Part shown: one piece after another, positions 1-9,025 of the stretch
Layout of the letters: each line of letters opens with the position of its first letter
Position numbering within the stretch: the first letter of the stretch is position 1
Source of the DNA: a virus
Taxonomy: Duplodnaviria; Caudoviricetes
DNA: 34,545 nt
Reading direction: 5' to 3' (one strand)
Virus record (IMG/VR): IMGVR_UViG_3300028586_000054
Span: 1-34,545 of that record
Notes under the pieces: model-generated
What the model saw: only the letters and a program-made list of their open reading frames with translations
What the model was told of the DNA's origin: nothing
The model's database searches: none
Made by a program: the position numbers and the translations under genes

Positions 1-127
1 TGTCAGTGTAATAGTTGCCGCATCACCGTTTGCTGCAGCAGCAGCCGTTACAGGGAGATCGGCGTCAGCATTAATCGCATCGGCTAGCGATTCAGCCGCC
101 TGCATTGCCGTGTCATCGACGGCCACA
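1..127. repeat. Terminal direct repeat (circular assembly overlap), copy 1
   Basis: Identical to 34419-34545. It lies inside the sheath gene, which reads in frame across the join (525+1005 nt = 510 codons). Confidence 0.95.
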
Positions 128-525
128 ATGCCCTCAATACGAATAGAGCCAATATAGAGAGATATCGCGCCAGCAGACGTTACAGCGCCCGCTATGGCAA
201 TTTTACCGGTCGCGGCGGTACCTGCAGCGGCTCCCTCTGCGGCATCGTTCACCGCGATGATATACAGCTCACCGAATGGATCTGTTTTGCGATACGCGGC
301 AACCATGCGAGCGAGCGGAGACCCCTGTCCACATGCTGTGCGGGCCTGATCTGCGCTCGATATCAAAACCAGTTGATTTCGTGCAATGGCCGCACCCGGT
401 AGCGCCTGCCCGATTAGCAGAGATGCGCCAGACGTTTGCGCGGTGTTAGCCTGCGAATTGTCCATTTCTGCATAAAACAGCGGGACGTTAACATTCGCGG
501 CAACCTGATCAAAACTGACTGTCAT
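1..525 (-). CDS. Tail sheath protein, N-terminal part (continues at 34418 to 33414; 509 aa in total)
   Basis: Manual translation from the ATG at 525 gives MTVSFDQVAANVNVPLFYAEMDNSQANT, a Mu gpL/SfV-type sheath N-terminus. Confidence 0.9.
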   Translation of the reverse strand, partial: MTVSFDQVAANVNVPLFYAEMDNSQANTAQTSGASLLIGQALPGAAIARNQLVLISSADQARTACGQGSPLARMVAAYRKTDPFGELYIIAVNDAAEGAAAGTAATGKIAIAGAVTSAGAISLYIGSIRIEGIVAVDDTAMQAAESLADAINADADLPVTAAAAANGDAATITLT

Positions 526-689
526 TTATCTGCCTCCGGCGCTTTCGCGGGCTTTTGTACTTTCACGTCGCCAGCTTCAATGCGACGCAACCAATAGGAC
601 GAGCGCACTACATTTCGTCCGCGTTCGGGCAATAGGTCACCCCGGAGCGGATCAGGAACTGATCGCCCCTTTACAGGGATTACATACAT
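522..689 (-). CDS. Small DUF2635 / Mu gp38-like tail protein (55 aa, not in ORF track)
   Basis: MYVIPVKGRSVPDPLRGDLLPERGRNVVRSSYWLRRIEAGDV; ATGA overlap with the sheath start; usual position for this family. Confidence 0.85.
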   Translation of the reverse strand: MYVIPVKGRSVPDPLRGDLLPERGRNVVRSSYWLRRIEAGDVKVQKPAKAPEADK

Positions 690-697
690 TTATAGGG

Positions 698-1261
698 TTA
701 CTCCGTAGGGAAATGGATCTCGGTGTGGTGTTCGATAATGCCGTCAGGTCCGTCGCCGGGATTGATGTAATCAACATCAATCGTCACGGTCTCTAGCGGC
801 TCCAGTGTGTCGAGATCAGCGCCGTGACGCGTGTCATCGTCGGTAATTTCACGTACTGCAGTGAAATCGAACTGGTAATAAAGAGCGGCGCGGTTCATGT
901 CAACAACCTGCCCGCCGTCGTACTCTATCGGATGCGTGTCCTCATCCGGTTCCCACCCCAGCAGCGCGATAAATAGCTCGCGCCGGATGGTGTCGACCAC
1001 ATCAAATGCGGCTTTTTGCCCGCGTAAATCGTGCCGGTTATCCAGAACAACAACGACGGCGAAACCCTCGCTGATTTGCTGATAATAATCCGTGCTCGAT
1101 TCCTGTCGGCTGACCGTGTCGCCGGCCGGGATAACGTAGGCAGCGGGCAGCATCATTTTGGCGTTAACCTCTAACGCCTGAAACTCTGCAGCTCCGGCCA
1201 CACGACCCCCGAACGATTTCGCGTGCGTGCGTAACGCATCAACAATTAACGATAATTTCAT
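698..1261 (-). CDS. Putative tail terminator/completion protein
   Basis: Lies between the neck gene and the sheath; LLGWEPD and LYYQFDF motifs resemble SfV-like tail proteins. Confidence 0.65.
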   Translation of the reverse strand: MKLSLIVDALRTHAKSFGGRVAGAAEFQALEVNAKMMLPAAYVIPAGDTVSRQESSTDYYQQISEGFAVVVVLDNRHDLRGQKAAFDVVDTIRRELFIALLGWEPDEDTHPIEYDGGQVVDMNRAALYYQFDFTAVREITDDDTRHGADLDTLEPLETVTIDVDYINPGDGPDGIIEHHTEIHFPTE

Positions 1262-1773
1262 TTTTTCACCCGCTTAACTTTCGGTGCTTTCAGCGCTTTT
1301 CGTAATGCACGCTGCAACGTGTAGCGCGTCCACGCCTTGCGACGCTCTAAAACCTCCGTCATAAAATTATTGCGGGGAGCAACGCGCCAGCCGTTACCGC
1401 CCGACTTGCCTTTATGGTGCGATTTCTGGCGTTTTGCGCCGTTTTTGACGCCGTAGTAAAGGAATGCGGGATAAAAATCACCCTGGATCAGGCGGTTCCC
1501 CTCACCGCGTTTCTGGTTCGGCGCAATCCGTACCATCAGGCCCGAGCGCCGGGAGGAGGCTCGCGGCACGTAATAACCGATAGAACGCGCCAGCTTGCCG
1601 GTTTTATATGCCGGGTTTTCGCCCGGTTTTGACGTCGCCCGACGCATAACGAGCCGACGCGCATCACGCATATGCGTTTGTCCGATAGCAACGAACGCAC
1701 GACGCATGACAGGTCGCTTCAGCTCCATATTGCCGGGGACGTCATAATCAACATGAAACAGTGATTCAGCCAT
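1258..1773 (-). CDS. Neck/tail-completion protein (HK97 gp10-like)
   Basis: Basic protein with SKPGENPAYKTGKLARSI and PRNNF motifs. Start moved to the ATG at 1773 (MAESLF), which follows GGGGAG. Confidence 0.65.
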   Translation of the reverse strand: MAESLFHVDYDVPGNMELKRPVMRRAFVAIGQTHMRDARRLVMRRATSKPGENPAYKTGKLARSIGYYVPRASSRRSGLMVRIAPNQKRGEGNRLIQGDFYPAFLYYGVKNGAKRQKSHHKGKSGGNGWRVAPRNNFMTEVLERRKAWTRYTLQRALRKALKAPKVKRVKK

Positions 1774-2161
1774 AAGCTCCCCCTGTGTAATTTTCACCGC
1801 CTCCGAGGCTGTCGCACTCCAGCAGCCAGAACCGGCCTGCATGATTTAAATCGCGCTGTCGGCGAACCCGGAGAACCTCGCCGGACGGGAGAATTAATTC
1901 CCATTCAGACGTGATCCGTTTTGTGTATCGGATAGTGATCAGATGAGAAATGGCCGCGCCGGTTTCGACACTTGCCTGATAGGTCGTCGCGCCGGTCTGC
2001 GCCACTTTCGCCCACGCCTTAAACTCCTCCGGGATAACGGATTCGGTCCCCCAATCGTTAGCCGGTGCATCCAGGCGCTTACGGAACGTCACGCGGGTTT
2101 TCAGCTCTCCGGGGTCGGGGAATGAATACCGCGCCGCCGTGAGTGTGGGTGTTCGTTTCAT
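1766..2161 (-). CDS. Head closure / head-tail adaptor (SPP1 gp16-like)
   Basis: PGELKTRVTF, WAKV and ITIRY motifs; follows the connector gene. Confidence 0.8.
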   Translation of the reverse strand: MKRTPTLTAARYSFPDPGELKTRVTFRKRLDAPANDWGTESVIPEEFKAWAKVAQTGATTYQASVETGAAISHLITIRYTKRITSEWELILPSGEVLRVRRQRDLNHAGRFWLLECDSLGGGENYTGGAYG

Positions 2162-2475
2162 AACGGGATATACCGATAAGGACCGGCCAGCCAGTCGAAC
2201 GCCTGCGGCATTTCCAACATTTCCACATCAGAAACAGATGACCGGTTTTCGTAAAAATGGCTGCACAGCATCAACATGGCCATACGAATATCGCCCGATA
2301 CGACTAACCCATCGCTATCACTGTCGGGAACCTCTGACGCGTATAATTTACGGTTGAGATAGTTCGACGTGCGGGACTCAGCAGCCTGACCGATTAACGT
2401 TAAATGCTCGTCCTCCTCGGTGTAATCAGGCTCTAACCGTAACTGCCGTTTGATTTCATCCAGAGACAGGATCAT
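2158..2475 (-). CDS. Head-tail connector (HK97 gp6-like)
   Basis: LDEIKRQLRLE, AMLMLCSHFYENR and PYR motifs. Confidence 0.88.
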   Translation of the reverse strand: MILSLDEIKRQLRLEPDYTEEDEHLTLIGQAAESRTSNYLNRKLYASEVPDSDSDGLVVSGDIRMAMLMLCSHFYENRSSVSDVEMLEMPQAFDWLAGPYRYIPL

Positions 2476-2490
2476 TTGATCAGCTCCATT

Positions 2491-2512
2491 AAAAAACGCC
2501 CCGGAGGGCGTT
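2491..2512 (-). terminator. Intrinsic terminator after the capsid gene
   Basis: Minus strand reads AACGCCC-TCC-GGGGCGTT followed by a T run. Confidence 0.7.
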
Positions 2513-2531
2513 GTTTACTTTGCAGCGGCTG

Positions 2532-3773
2532 TTATGCCGCCGCTGCGCCTTTGCCGACCAGCGCTTTAATGGCTGCGCCATCTTCGAGCACGCAGTCAAA
2601 ACGATGGAATGCCAGGAAACCAACCTGATCAAATTCGGCATAACGCTCAGTGAGGCGGCGCAACGTCATGTAAGCGACACGGCGGAGAACAAACCGATCA
2701 AAATCACCACACAGCACGAATTTATTACCCGCGTCAGCATCGGCAATAGCCTGATCGATAACGTATTGCGTCCCCAGCACGGAAGCGGGAGCGACGCCGA
2801 CAATATCAGGCAACCACAGCGGGCGACCCTGGTTGTCTTTCATTTTGCTGATCGCTAACAGGGTGTTGTCATTGAACGCAAAACGGAATCGCGGGGAATT
2901 ACGATAGGCGGGGTCGACGCTGTGTTTAAGGTCAAGCATTTCCGACCAGGTAAACGCCTTAGCCGCTGCGGCGGTTGTTGTTTTAGTAATCCAATCATTC
3001 AGCCCCTTAACTGACACAGAGGCATCTTTATTTTTTGCTCCCTGCACAATCGCTTTTGCCTCACCCCGACCCAAACGGGAGGCAATACGGGCGGCGAGAT
3101 AGCCATTCATATCAATCCCGCTATCCTGTAAAAGCTCGCTGGATACGCGGATGATTTTCGACGTCATTTTTTTAGCGCCCAGCGTGATCGGCTTAAATTC
3201 TGTGTCCTCTTCGCCCGCTGCAGTATTTTCACCGATCATTTCCCCGATTTCCTCGGTGCTGTCGGTATAAATCCACTCCAGCGGCTGACCGTTAGACGTG
3301 TTAAGGAGCTGACACACGCTGGCGACCCCGCCGTAGGCTTTCATTGCCTCAACAACACGATTACGGAACTGTGTCGGCACGGTATAGCCCCCGGCATTGC
3401 CTTCTGTCGTACCCTGTGCGCGGAGTTCCTTCAGGATTGAGCGCTCCTCTGCACTCAGATCACCCGCACCGGAGCGTACAAAGCGATCAAAGACAGATGC
3501 GCGGCGCTCCTCCTCGTTTGTCGGATGGCTGGAATCGCTATTGTCGCGGCCCTCGGGCGAACAGGCCTTAGCGAGTTCATCATCCTGACGACGGAGATCC
3601 TCCTCACGTTTGATCTGCTCATCGAGCAAATTATATTGGTGTTGCGCCTCATCCCACTGGCTCCGCTGCTCATCAGTCCAGACAGCATCACCAATTTTGT
3701 CATGGAGGGTGCGCATCTCTGCGGCGATGGTGGCGCGTTTTTGCTGCATTTCATGCAATTTTTTATTGCTCAT
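2532..3773 (-). CDS. Major capsid protein (HK97 fold, N-terminal coiled-coil delta domain)
   Basis: GGYTVP, VSSELLQDS, GRPLW, GDF and ERYAEFDQVGF motifs. Likely start is the ATG at 3773 (MSNKK). Confidence 0.95.
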   Translation of the reverse strand: MSNKKLHEMQQKRATIAAEMRTLHDKIGDAVWTDEQRSQWDEAQHQYNLLDEQIKREEDLRRQDDELAKACSPEGRDNSDSSHPTNEEERRASVFDRFVRSGAGDLSAEERSILKELRAQGTTEGNAGGYTVPTQFRNRVVEAMKAYGGVASVCQLLNTSNGQPLEWIYTDSTEEIGEMIGENTAAGEEDTEFKPITLGAKKMTSKIIRVSSELLQDSGIDMNGYLAARIASRLGRGEAKAIVQGAKNKDASVSVKGLNDWITKTTTAAAAKAFTWSEMLDLKHSVDPAYRNSPRFRFAFNDNTLLAISKMKDNQGRPLWLPDIVGVAPASVLGTQYVIDQAIADADAGNKFVLCGDFDRFVLRRVAYMTLRRLTERYAEFDQVGFLAFHRFDCVLEDGAAIKALVGKGAAAA

Positions 3774-3799
3774 ACGGGAAATCACCTTTTTGCGGACAT

Positions 3800-3824
3800 A
3801 AAAAAACCCCGCCGAGGCGAGGTT
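3800..3824 (-). terminator. Intrinsic terminator between the protease and capsid genes
   Basis: Minus strand reads AACCTCGCC-TC-GGCGGGGTTTTTTT. Confidence 0.6.
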
Positions 3825-3829
3825 ATTAC

Positions 3830-3856
3830 TTAAATAATTAAATATTTATTTATTAA
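3830..3856. repeat. Dispersed AT-only motif, locus 1 (core AAATATTTATTTA)
   Basis: TTAAATAATTAAATATTTATTTA is identical over 23 bp to the copy at 21659. Confidence 0.75.
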
Positions 3857-4468
3857 TCAGGAACGGTCTAACAGTGTCAGAATGCGGGCGCGTTTCTCGC
3901 GCTGGATAATGGCGTCTAACTCTGGCTGTTTTTGTGCATCCCGCTGGCTCCGCCATGCCTCCATAGAGCGGACCGCGCTGTCGGCCTCTGTATAGGCCGG
4001 ATAGGTCACAGGGGACACATCATAGAGACGGGAGAACCGCGTAATTTCGCGAACAATGACCCCCTCATCGTCCTGATACCAGCGCTCACCGTCGCGGGCT
4101 ACGCGGAACGCAAACGAGCTTTGTGAAATGTCCCCACGGCGCATAGGTGACAGAACGAGATCGGTGATAGTCGGGGTCGTCGGCGCGAGAATTTCATAGC
4201 GTAGCCCCCTGTCATCGACAGAGAGCGACAGCGTTTTGGAGCGTGTACGCCCTAAAATATAATTAGGGTCGTGATTGAACAGGCCGCGAACGTCATCGTT
4301 TAATACTCCGTCAAATGCACCCGGTTTAATGATCTCGCGGAAACAGCCGCAAATCAGCTCGGAACGGCTATCAAAAACGGACGCATAGCCGATAATTTTT
4401 ACCGGCTGACCCTCCGTTTCATCCGTGCGAACCTCACCCATAAAACAGCGTTTTTCTACATCACTCAT
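3857..4468 (-). CDS. Prohead maturation protease (HK97 family)
   Basis: GYASVF, LFNHD, SSFAF and DVSPVTYPAY motifs. Start moved to the ATG at 4468 (MSDVEKR). Confidence 0.93.
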   Translation of the reverse strand: MSDVEKRCFMGEVRTDETEGQPVKIIGYASVFDSRSELICGCFREIIKPGAFDGVLNDDVRGLFNHDPNYILGRTRSKTLSLSVDDRGLRYEILAPTTPTITDLVLSPMRRGDISQSSFAFRVARDGERWYQDDEGVIVREITRFSRLYDVSPVTYPAYTEADSAVRSMEAWRSQRDAQKQPELDAIIQREKRARILTLLDRS

Positions 4469-4478
4469 AGTGAAAACC

Positions 4479-5696
4479 TTATTTATCGTCGTCGTCTTTA
4501 ATCGGTTTCGACGCATTAACAGAAACGAGCATTTCATCCAGCCCGTTGACCGGATTTAAATCCTCAAATGCGCGAGCCTCGTTGCGGCTCATCCATCCGT
4601 CTGTAATCGCATAGTGGTAGAACTGCGCCCGTTCTTTAGGCGTGCCACGTAGCAGACCGGCCAAATTGAATTTGACGTAATAGCCTGCGGCCATTTCCAT
4701 ACGGGTAAATAAACGGCGGTTTAATTCCTGCTCCCAATTCACTACCCACGGCATGATCGTGAATCGAACGAACTGGATAGACTGCTCCGAAATATTGGAG
4801 AACGTCGCCTTTTCCAGGTCATTGATCATGTGTGCCGGAACGTTAAAAATCCCCGCAATCGTTGAACGGTTGAGTTTCATCATCTCAACGAGCTGGGAAT
4901 CGACCGGTGACACAGTCAGCGCTTTATAATCCAGGTCAGCAGGTAACAGGAGCGTCTTATTTTCCTGTGAACGGAGCGCGGCGGCGGCTTGCTGCCACAC
5001 TTTTTTTAAGCGTTTCCAGCTATCGTCGTTAAGCGTCTGCTTAACAGAAACGATCCCAGCCGGTCGGGCGTTGCCGTTAAAAAACGATTCCGTGTACTTC
5101 TGCCCGGAGAGGCCGAGGCCGATTGTCTGCGCGTGCTGGAGAATGGGAGACAATCCCCATTTGTCATTATTGCCAATGGCTTTAACGTGGATCATATCGT
5201 CAGGATGAACGCTCCAGGAGCCATCATCCGTATAAATCCCATAACGCCACCTGCCACTAAATTTAGTGAGGTTTGTTTCCCATGGCATCCTGTGCGCCAG
5301 CTCCTGAACCTCGCCGCGCCGGTTGCGAATCACCTCCGTGTAACCGTTTCCCCAGCCTAAAACATGGCGCTGTTTTAGCTCCCGCCATTTGTAGGAGGTT
5401 TCCCACGGATTCGGCTCATTATGTATCAGGTAATAAACAGGATGATCGGTCGCCTGATTAACCGTGTCGCCTTGTTTTCGCAGAACGTGTAACGGCATCT
5501 GCGCCACGTTCGACGAAATCACGTTAATGCATGAATAAACCGACGCCAGTTTCATTGAGGTTTCAGGCGAAACGAAAACATCGCGAAAAACGTTATTATC
5601 GTTATCCACATTCGCGCCTGTCAGCGGCGTAGCGGGGTTTTCAATATTGCCCGGCCCGTCGTTTGTATCAGACCGGAAAAACGCATCCAGCAGCAT
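4479..5696 (-). CDS. Portal protein (HK97 family)
   Basis: GLSPI, FFNGNARPAG, IAGIFNVP, SNISEQ and NEARAFEDL motifs. Confidence 0.95.
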   Translation of the reverse strand: MLLDAFFRSDTNDGPGNIENPATPLTGANVDNDNNVFRDVFVSPETSMKLASVYSCINVISSNVAQMPLHVLRKQGDTVNQATDHPVYYLIHNEPNPWETSYKWRELKQRHVLGWGNGYTEVIRNRRGEVQELAHRMPWETNLTKFSGRWRYGIYTDDGSWSVHPDDMIHVKAIGNNDKWGLSPILQHAQTIGLGLSGQKYTESFFNGNARPAGIVSVKQTLNDDSWKRLKKVWQQAAAALRSQENKTLLLPADLDYKALTVSPVDSQLVEMMKLNRSTIAGIFNVPAHMINDLEKATFSNISEQSIQFVRFTIMPWVVNWEQELNRRLFTRMEMAAGYYVKFNLAGLLRGTPKERAQFYHYAITDGWMSRNEARAFEDLNPVNGLDEMLVSVNASKPIKDDDDK

Positions 5697-5845
5697 TAGC
5701 GCCCCCTGTTACGGGCAATGGCGAGGCCGGTCAGCAGCAGCCCGCCACCGGCAACGGCCAGCGCCGGAGCGAGGCCGAAACGGAGATAGGTTGCAGCGAT
5801 GATCAGGCTAAATCCTGCCACGCCTAATAGGTCGTGTAATCTCAT
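5696..5845 (-). CDS. Small two-helix membrane protein between terminase and portal (49 aa, not in ORF track)
   Basis: MRLHDLLGVAGFSLIIAATYLRFGLAPALAVAGGGLLLTGLAIARNRGR; overlaps both neighbours; a usual position in HK97/SfV-like heads. Confidence 0.75.
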   Translation of the reverse strand: MRLHDLLGVAGFSLIIAATYLRFGLAPALAVAGGGLLLTGLAIARNRGR

Positions 5846-7572
5846 AGGGTTAATAATTCCTCGTCATCGTCGAGATTAGAAAGGAAGTCGCGAGGCTCAT
5901 TCAGTATTGCGCGACCAACACCCATCATCAGGCCGACAGCGCCGTCGATTTTGTTCTCGCTGCCCTCTTTAGTAGGCCGGACAACATCATCGGAACCGGC
6001 GTAATATTTCCCGACGACGTTTTGCATATTCCAGGTGAGGATCGGATTGCCGTCATGATGGAAACGCCCAGCCGCGAGCGCCGCCTCTATCTCGCGCATC
6101 GGATCGGACATATTGGTAAAATTCTGCGTGATTGTGACCGGACACAGCCCCTCATCATCGAGCATGTGAGAGAGCGACGTCGCCCCGTAGGGGTCAATGG
6201 GACAGGTTTCAATTTTCACTGTCTCGCGTAGTTTCACGATGGTTTCAAAAATGACCCTGTAATCGACCTCAGCGCCATCTGTAGGCGTCAGCACGCCCTG
6301 ATTGACGAACGACTGATACCGCTCAGCAGTGCGGCGGAGTTCGGGATCAGTGCTGTAAACCGTATCCTCCGGCACCCAAAACATCGGAGACACACAATAA
6401 AAATGTTTGAGGCCATCAATCTCCCTCATGAACACAGGGATCACGGCGTTGAGGTCCAGTTTTGAGGCCAGGTCGATCCCGAGGTAACACGACTCGCCCG
6501 CAAAATCCGCGAGGGTGAGCGTCGGGTCGGCTGCGTCCTGCCATTTCTGGAGATTGTAGTAAGCCGTTTTACTGGCAACCCACAGATTAAAATGCTTGGT
6601 AAGGATTTTATTTGTCTGTGACGGCGTTGATTGCGCTAACTCCTGTTTAGCCTGCAAAAACTCCGGCCTGATCGAGATACCGTAATTCGGATTTGCCTTG
6701 CGGAGTGCATCCTCGGTCGTCCAATCGTCGCCCTTATCCAGAGTATAAATAATGCCAAAAATTGACTCATTAGCGCCTCCCTTGCGGATGCGCTCCAGAA
6801 TCTCAACCACCTGCGATCGTTTGTCGTAACACGGCGAGGCTATGTCGTAACCTGCCGTTGTAATAATCAGCGTTAACGGCTGCTCGCGCGCGCCCTGCCC
6901 GGTTGTCATGGTTGTATAGAGCGCGTCGGATAGGTGCTCGTGATACTCATCAATGATCGCGCATGATGGTGAGTCGCCGTCTCCAGGGTCGCCGATGATC
7001 GGCGCGAAAACAGAGCCATCAGGCCGGGTCAGTCGTTTCGCCCAGGGCTTGATCATGAACTTCTGACGGAGAGCCGCGAGCTTTACGCACATTTGCCGCG
7101 CCGGTTCGAAAACCTTAAACGCCTGTTTCTCTGTCGTTGCGCCCGCGTAGACTTCCGCGCCGTGCTCGCCGTCAGCACAGAACATGTAAATCCCGACCGA
7201 TGCGGCGATCAGCGATTTGCCATTTTTGCGGGGAACCTCGATATAAATCTCGCGGAATCGGCGTAGGCCCGTTTTTTTGTGAACCCAGCCGAACGAAACG
7301 CTAAAACAAAATTTCTGCCAATCCTCCAGGGTCAGCCGGAGATTTTTCCGCGCCCACTCACCAGTAGTGTGAGGCATTTTTTGCGCGAACCGGCAAAAAC
7401 GATCCGCTTTCGCCTTGTCAAAACGGTAGGGCCAGGTCATGTCCTTCTCTCGCTTCAGGTCATCAATATGGCGCTGACACGCTAATTTAACGTAACGACA
7501 GGCGATAATTTTCCCGGCGACGACGTCTCTCGCATAGCGGTTAGCGTCGTTCACATTTGGATAGCTCGCCAT
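5842..7572 (-). CDS. terL: Terminase large subunit
   Basis: Walker A VPRKNGKS, Walker B IIDEYH, ITTAG, nuclease GIDLAS and KIDGAV. Confidence 0.96.
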   Translation of the reverse strand: MASYPNVNDANRYARDVVAGKIIACRYVKLACQRHIDDLKREKDMTWPYRFDKAKADRFCRFAQKMPHTTGEWARKNLRLTLEDWQKFCFSVSFGWVHKKTGLRRFREIYIEVPRKNGKSLIAASVGIYMFCADGEHGAEVYAGATTEKQAFKVFEPARQMCVKLAALRQKFMIKPWAKRLTRPDGSVFAPIIGDPGDGDSPSCAIIDEYHEHLSDALYTTMTTGQGAREQPLTLIITTAGYDIASPCYDKRSQVVEILERIRKGGANESIFGIIYTLDKGDDWTTEDALRKANPNYGISIRPEFLQAKQELAQSTPSQTNKILTKHFNLWVASKTAYYNLQKWQDAADPTLTLADFAGESCYLGIDLASKLDLNAVIPVFMREIDGLKHFYCVSPMFWVPEDTVYSTDPELRRTAERYQSFVNQGVLTPTDGAEVDYRVIFETIVKLRETVKIETCPIDPYGATSLSHMLDDEGLCPVTITQNFTNMSDPMREIEAALAAGRFHHDGNPILTWNMQNVVGKYYAGSDDVVRPTKEGSENKIDGAVGLMMGVGRAILNEPRDFLSNLDDDEELLTL

Positions 7573-7575
7573 AGG

Positions 7576-8010
7576 CTAAAACCCGTCGAATTCGTTCGGC
7601 TCCTCGCCGCCTTTCCCGCCTCCGCCCCCCGTCATGCGGGCGCGACTCATCGGGTCGAGACCCAGCAGGGAACCAAAGCGGGCGAGCTGCGCCATCGCAC
7701 CACTACGGACAGTTACAGCCGGATGAACTTTTAGCCCGCCAGTGCCGCCGACGTCGGTTAAGCCTTTTTCCGCAATTACCTGATCAGCATCGCAGACCGT
7801 CTGAAACGCCATGCAATACATCATCAGGGGGAGAGCATCCTCCGGCTCAAATATCTCGCGCTCGATCAGAATTTTGGACGCTGATTTCCAGCAGGCGACC
7901 GCCATATCTCCCCGTAATTCCTTTGGCGGCGCGATCCGGGTGATATTACTCCGGCGAGGTGCGAGCTGATTTTTTTTGCGGCCACCTCCCGCCGCTCTCA
8001 CTCCTGCCAT
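7576..8010 (-). CDS. terS: Terminase small subunit (P27 family)
   Basis: KVHPAV and LGLDPMSRAR motifs; directly upstream of terL. Confidence 0.9.
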   Translation of the reverse strand: MAGVRAAGGGRKKNQLAPRRSNITRIAPPKELRGDMAVACWKSASKILIEREIFEPEDALPLMMYCMAFQTVCDADQVIAEKGLTDVGGTGGLKVHPAVTVRSGAMAQLARFGSLLGLDPMSRARMTGGGGGKGGEEPNEFDGF

Positions 8011-8059
8011 GATCAATCCTGTTAAATTCGTGTTAAAAACCCTGAAAAAACAGATTTCT

Positions 8060-8135
8060 TATTTCGGGCGCGTAAAAATTTAGGGGGGCGGGCAGTCAGG
8101 AAGGGGTTAGGCCACAGAGATTTGATCCCCCCCCC
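8060..8135 (-). other. Probable cos packaging site
   Basis: Minus strand GGGGGGGGGATCAAATCTCTG...CTGCCCGCCCCCCTAAATTTTTACGCG upstream of terS resembles cos regions of HNH-associated cos phages. The exact cut site cannot be determined. Confidence 0.55.
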
Positions 8136-8202
8136 TATTGATAACGATTACCATTTGCACTGGAGCTGATATTGATTTCATTTGATATAGTTAGCAATGA
8201 AA

Positions 8203-8433
8203 CTAATCAGCGTGCGAGTTGTTATCGCCTGCCCCTGTCGCCCCTATGACCGTCAGCCGTAGTCCCTCACGTAACGTATCGAGACCCACCTCCAGACCGA
8301 CGCGTGAGGCTGCGCGACGCGCCAACTCCTTCACGCCTGCCCGTGTCGTGGCGTTTCCCCAGCTCAGGAGGAACACATCGCCAGATCTCGCACCAGTGAG
8401 CGCCCTCGATACCTGCAATCCGTTTCGCCTCAT
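8203..8433 (-). CDS. Hypothetical protein
   Basis: SD AGGGGA before the ATG; co-oriented with the late operon. Confidence 0.5.
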   Translation of the reverse strand: MRRNGLQVSRALTGARSGDVFLLSWGNATTRAGVKELARRAASRVGLEVGLDTLREGLRLTVIGATGAGDNNSHAD

Positions 8434-8603
8434 TTCGATCCCCTAATAGCGAGAAATAGTAAACAGGGCTGTGCAGCTCGTGTAGAGCCAGACCATTAAC
8501 CCCGATTTAAATCCGGCACCATCAGACGGCAACGGATGGCCGAATAATCGAAATTACCGACCGCATCATCGCCAATCATTTTCATGTGTGTCTTACCATT
8601 CAG

Positions 8604-8813
8604 TTAACTGCCATCAGGCCGTAACCATGCGCGGCCTGTTGCATGTAGCAGCGGGCATGATTTAGCCGTGTGTCCTGATCGATGGCACCGGGTGCAATGT
8701 CGGGGAGCGATTGAGCCTCTCATCCCACTGTTAGCCCGGACAGCCGCCTCGCGTGATTCATAAGGACAGCGGCTGATTTTGTGGCGGCTGGAACCGCATC
8801 GAGAGCAACTCAC
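8604..8813 (-). CDS. Double CCHC zinc-knuckle protein 2
   Basis: CSRCGSSRHKISRC and CTRCHRSGHTAKSC both fit CX2CX4HX4C; GTG start with a GGAGG SD. Confidence 0.75.
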   Translation of the reverse strand: MSCSRCGSSRHKISRCPYESREAAVRANSGMRGSIAPRHCTRCHRSGHTAKSCPLLHATGRAWLRPDGS

Positions 8814-8824
8814 AACAATCCCTC

Positions 8825-9025
8825 CTAATCGAGATAAAAATCATCGTTGAGACTGCGACGGCGGCCAGCGCTGGCATTGTGCGGACAGGCGCTGGAGTTA
8901 TGTCCAGAGCCGCCGCAATAGCTGCAGCGTAGATTGACCCGACGCGATGACCCGCCCCATGTTTTAGGGCAGTTGGCACGCGTGTGAGTCGTCGCGCCGC
9001 AATAGGTGCAACGTGTGTAACTCAT
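8825..9025 (-). CDS. Double CCHC zinc-knuckle protein 1
   Basis: CTYCGATTHTRANC and CSYCGGSGHNSSAC both fit CX2CX4HX4C; ATGA overlap with the HNH stop. Confidence 0.82.
   Translation of the reverse strand: MSYTRCTYCGATTHTRANCPKTWGGSSRRVNLRCSYCGGSGHNSSACPHNASAGRRRSLNDDFYLD

Noticed and set aside
8758-8979. 73-aa alternative-frame ORF over the zinc-knuckle genes
   Set aside because: The knuckle frames have exact motifs, a good SD or coupling overlap; this frame has neither.
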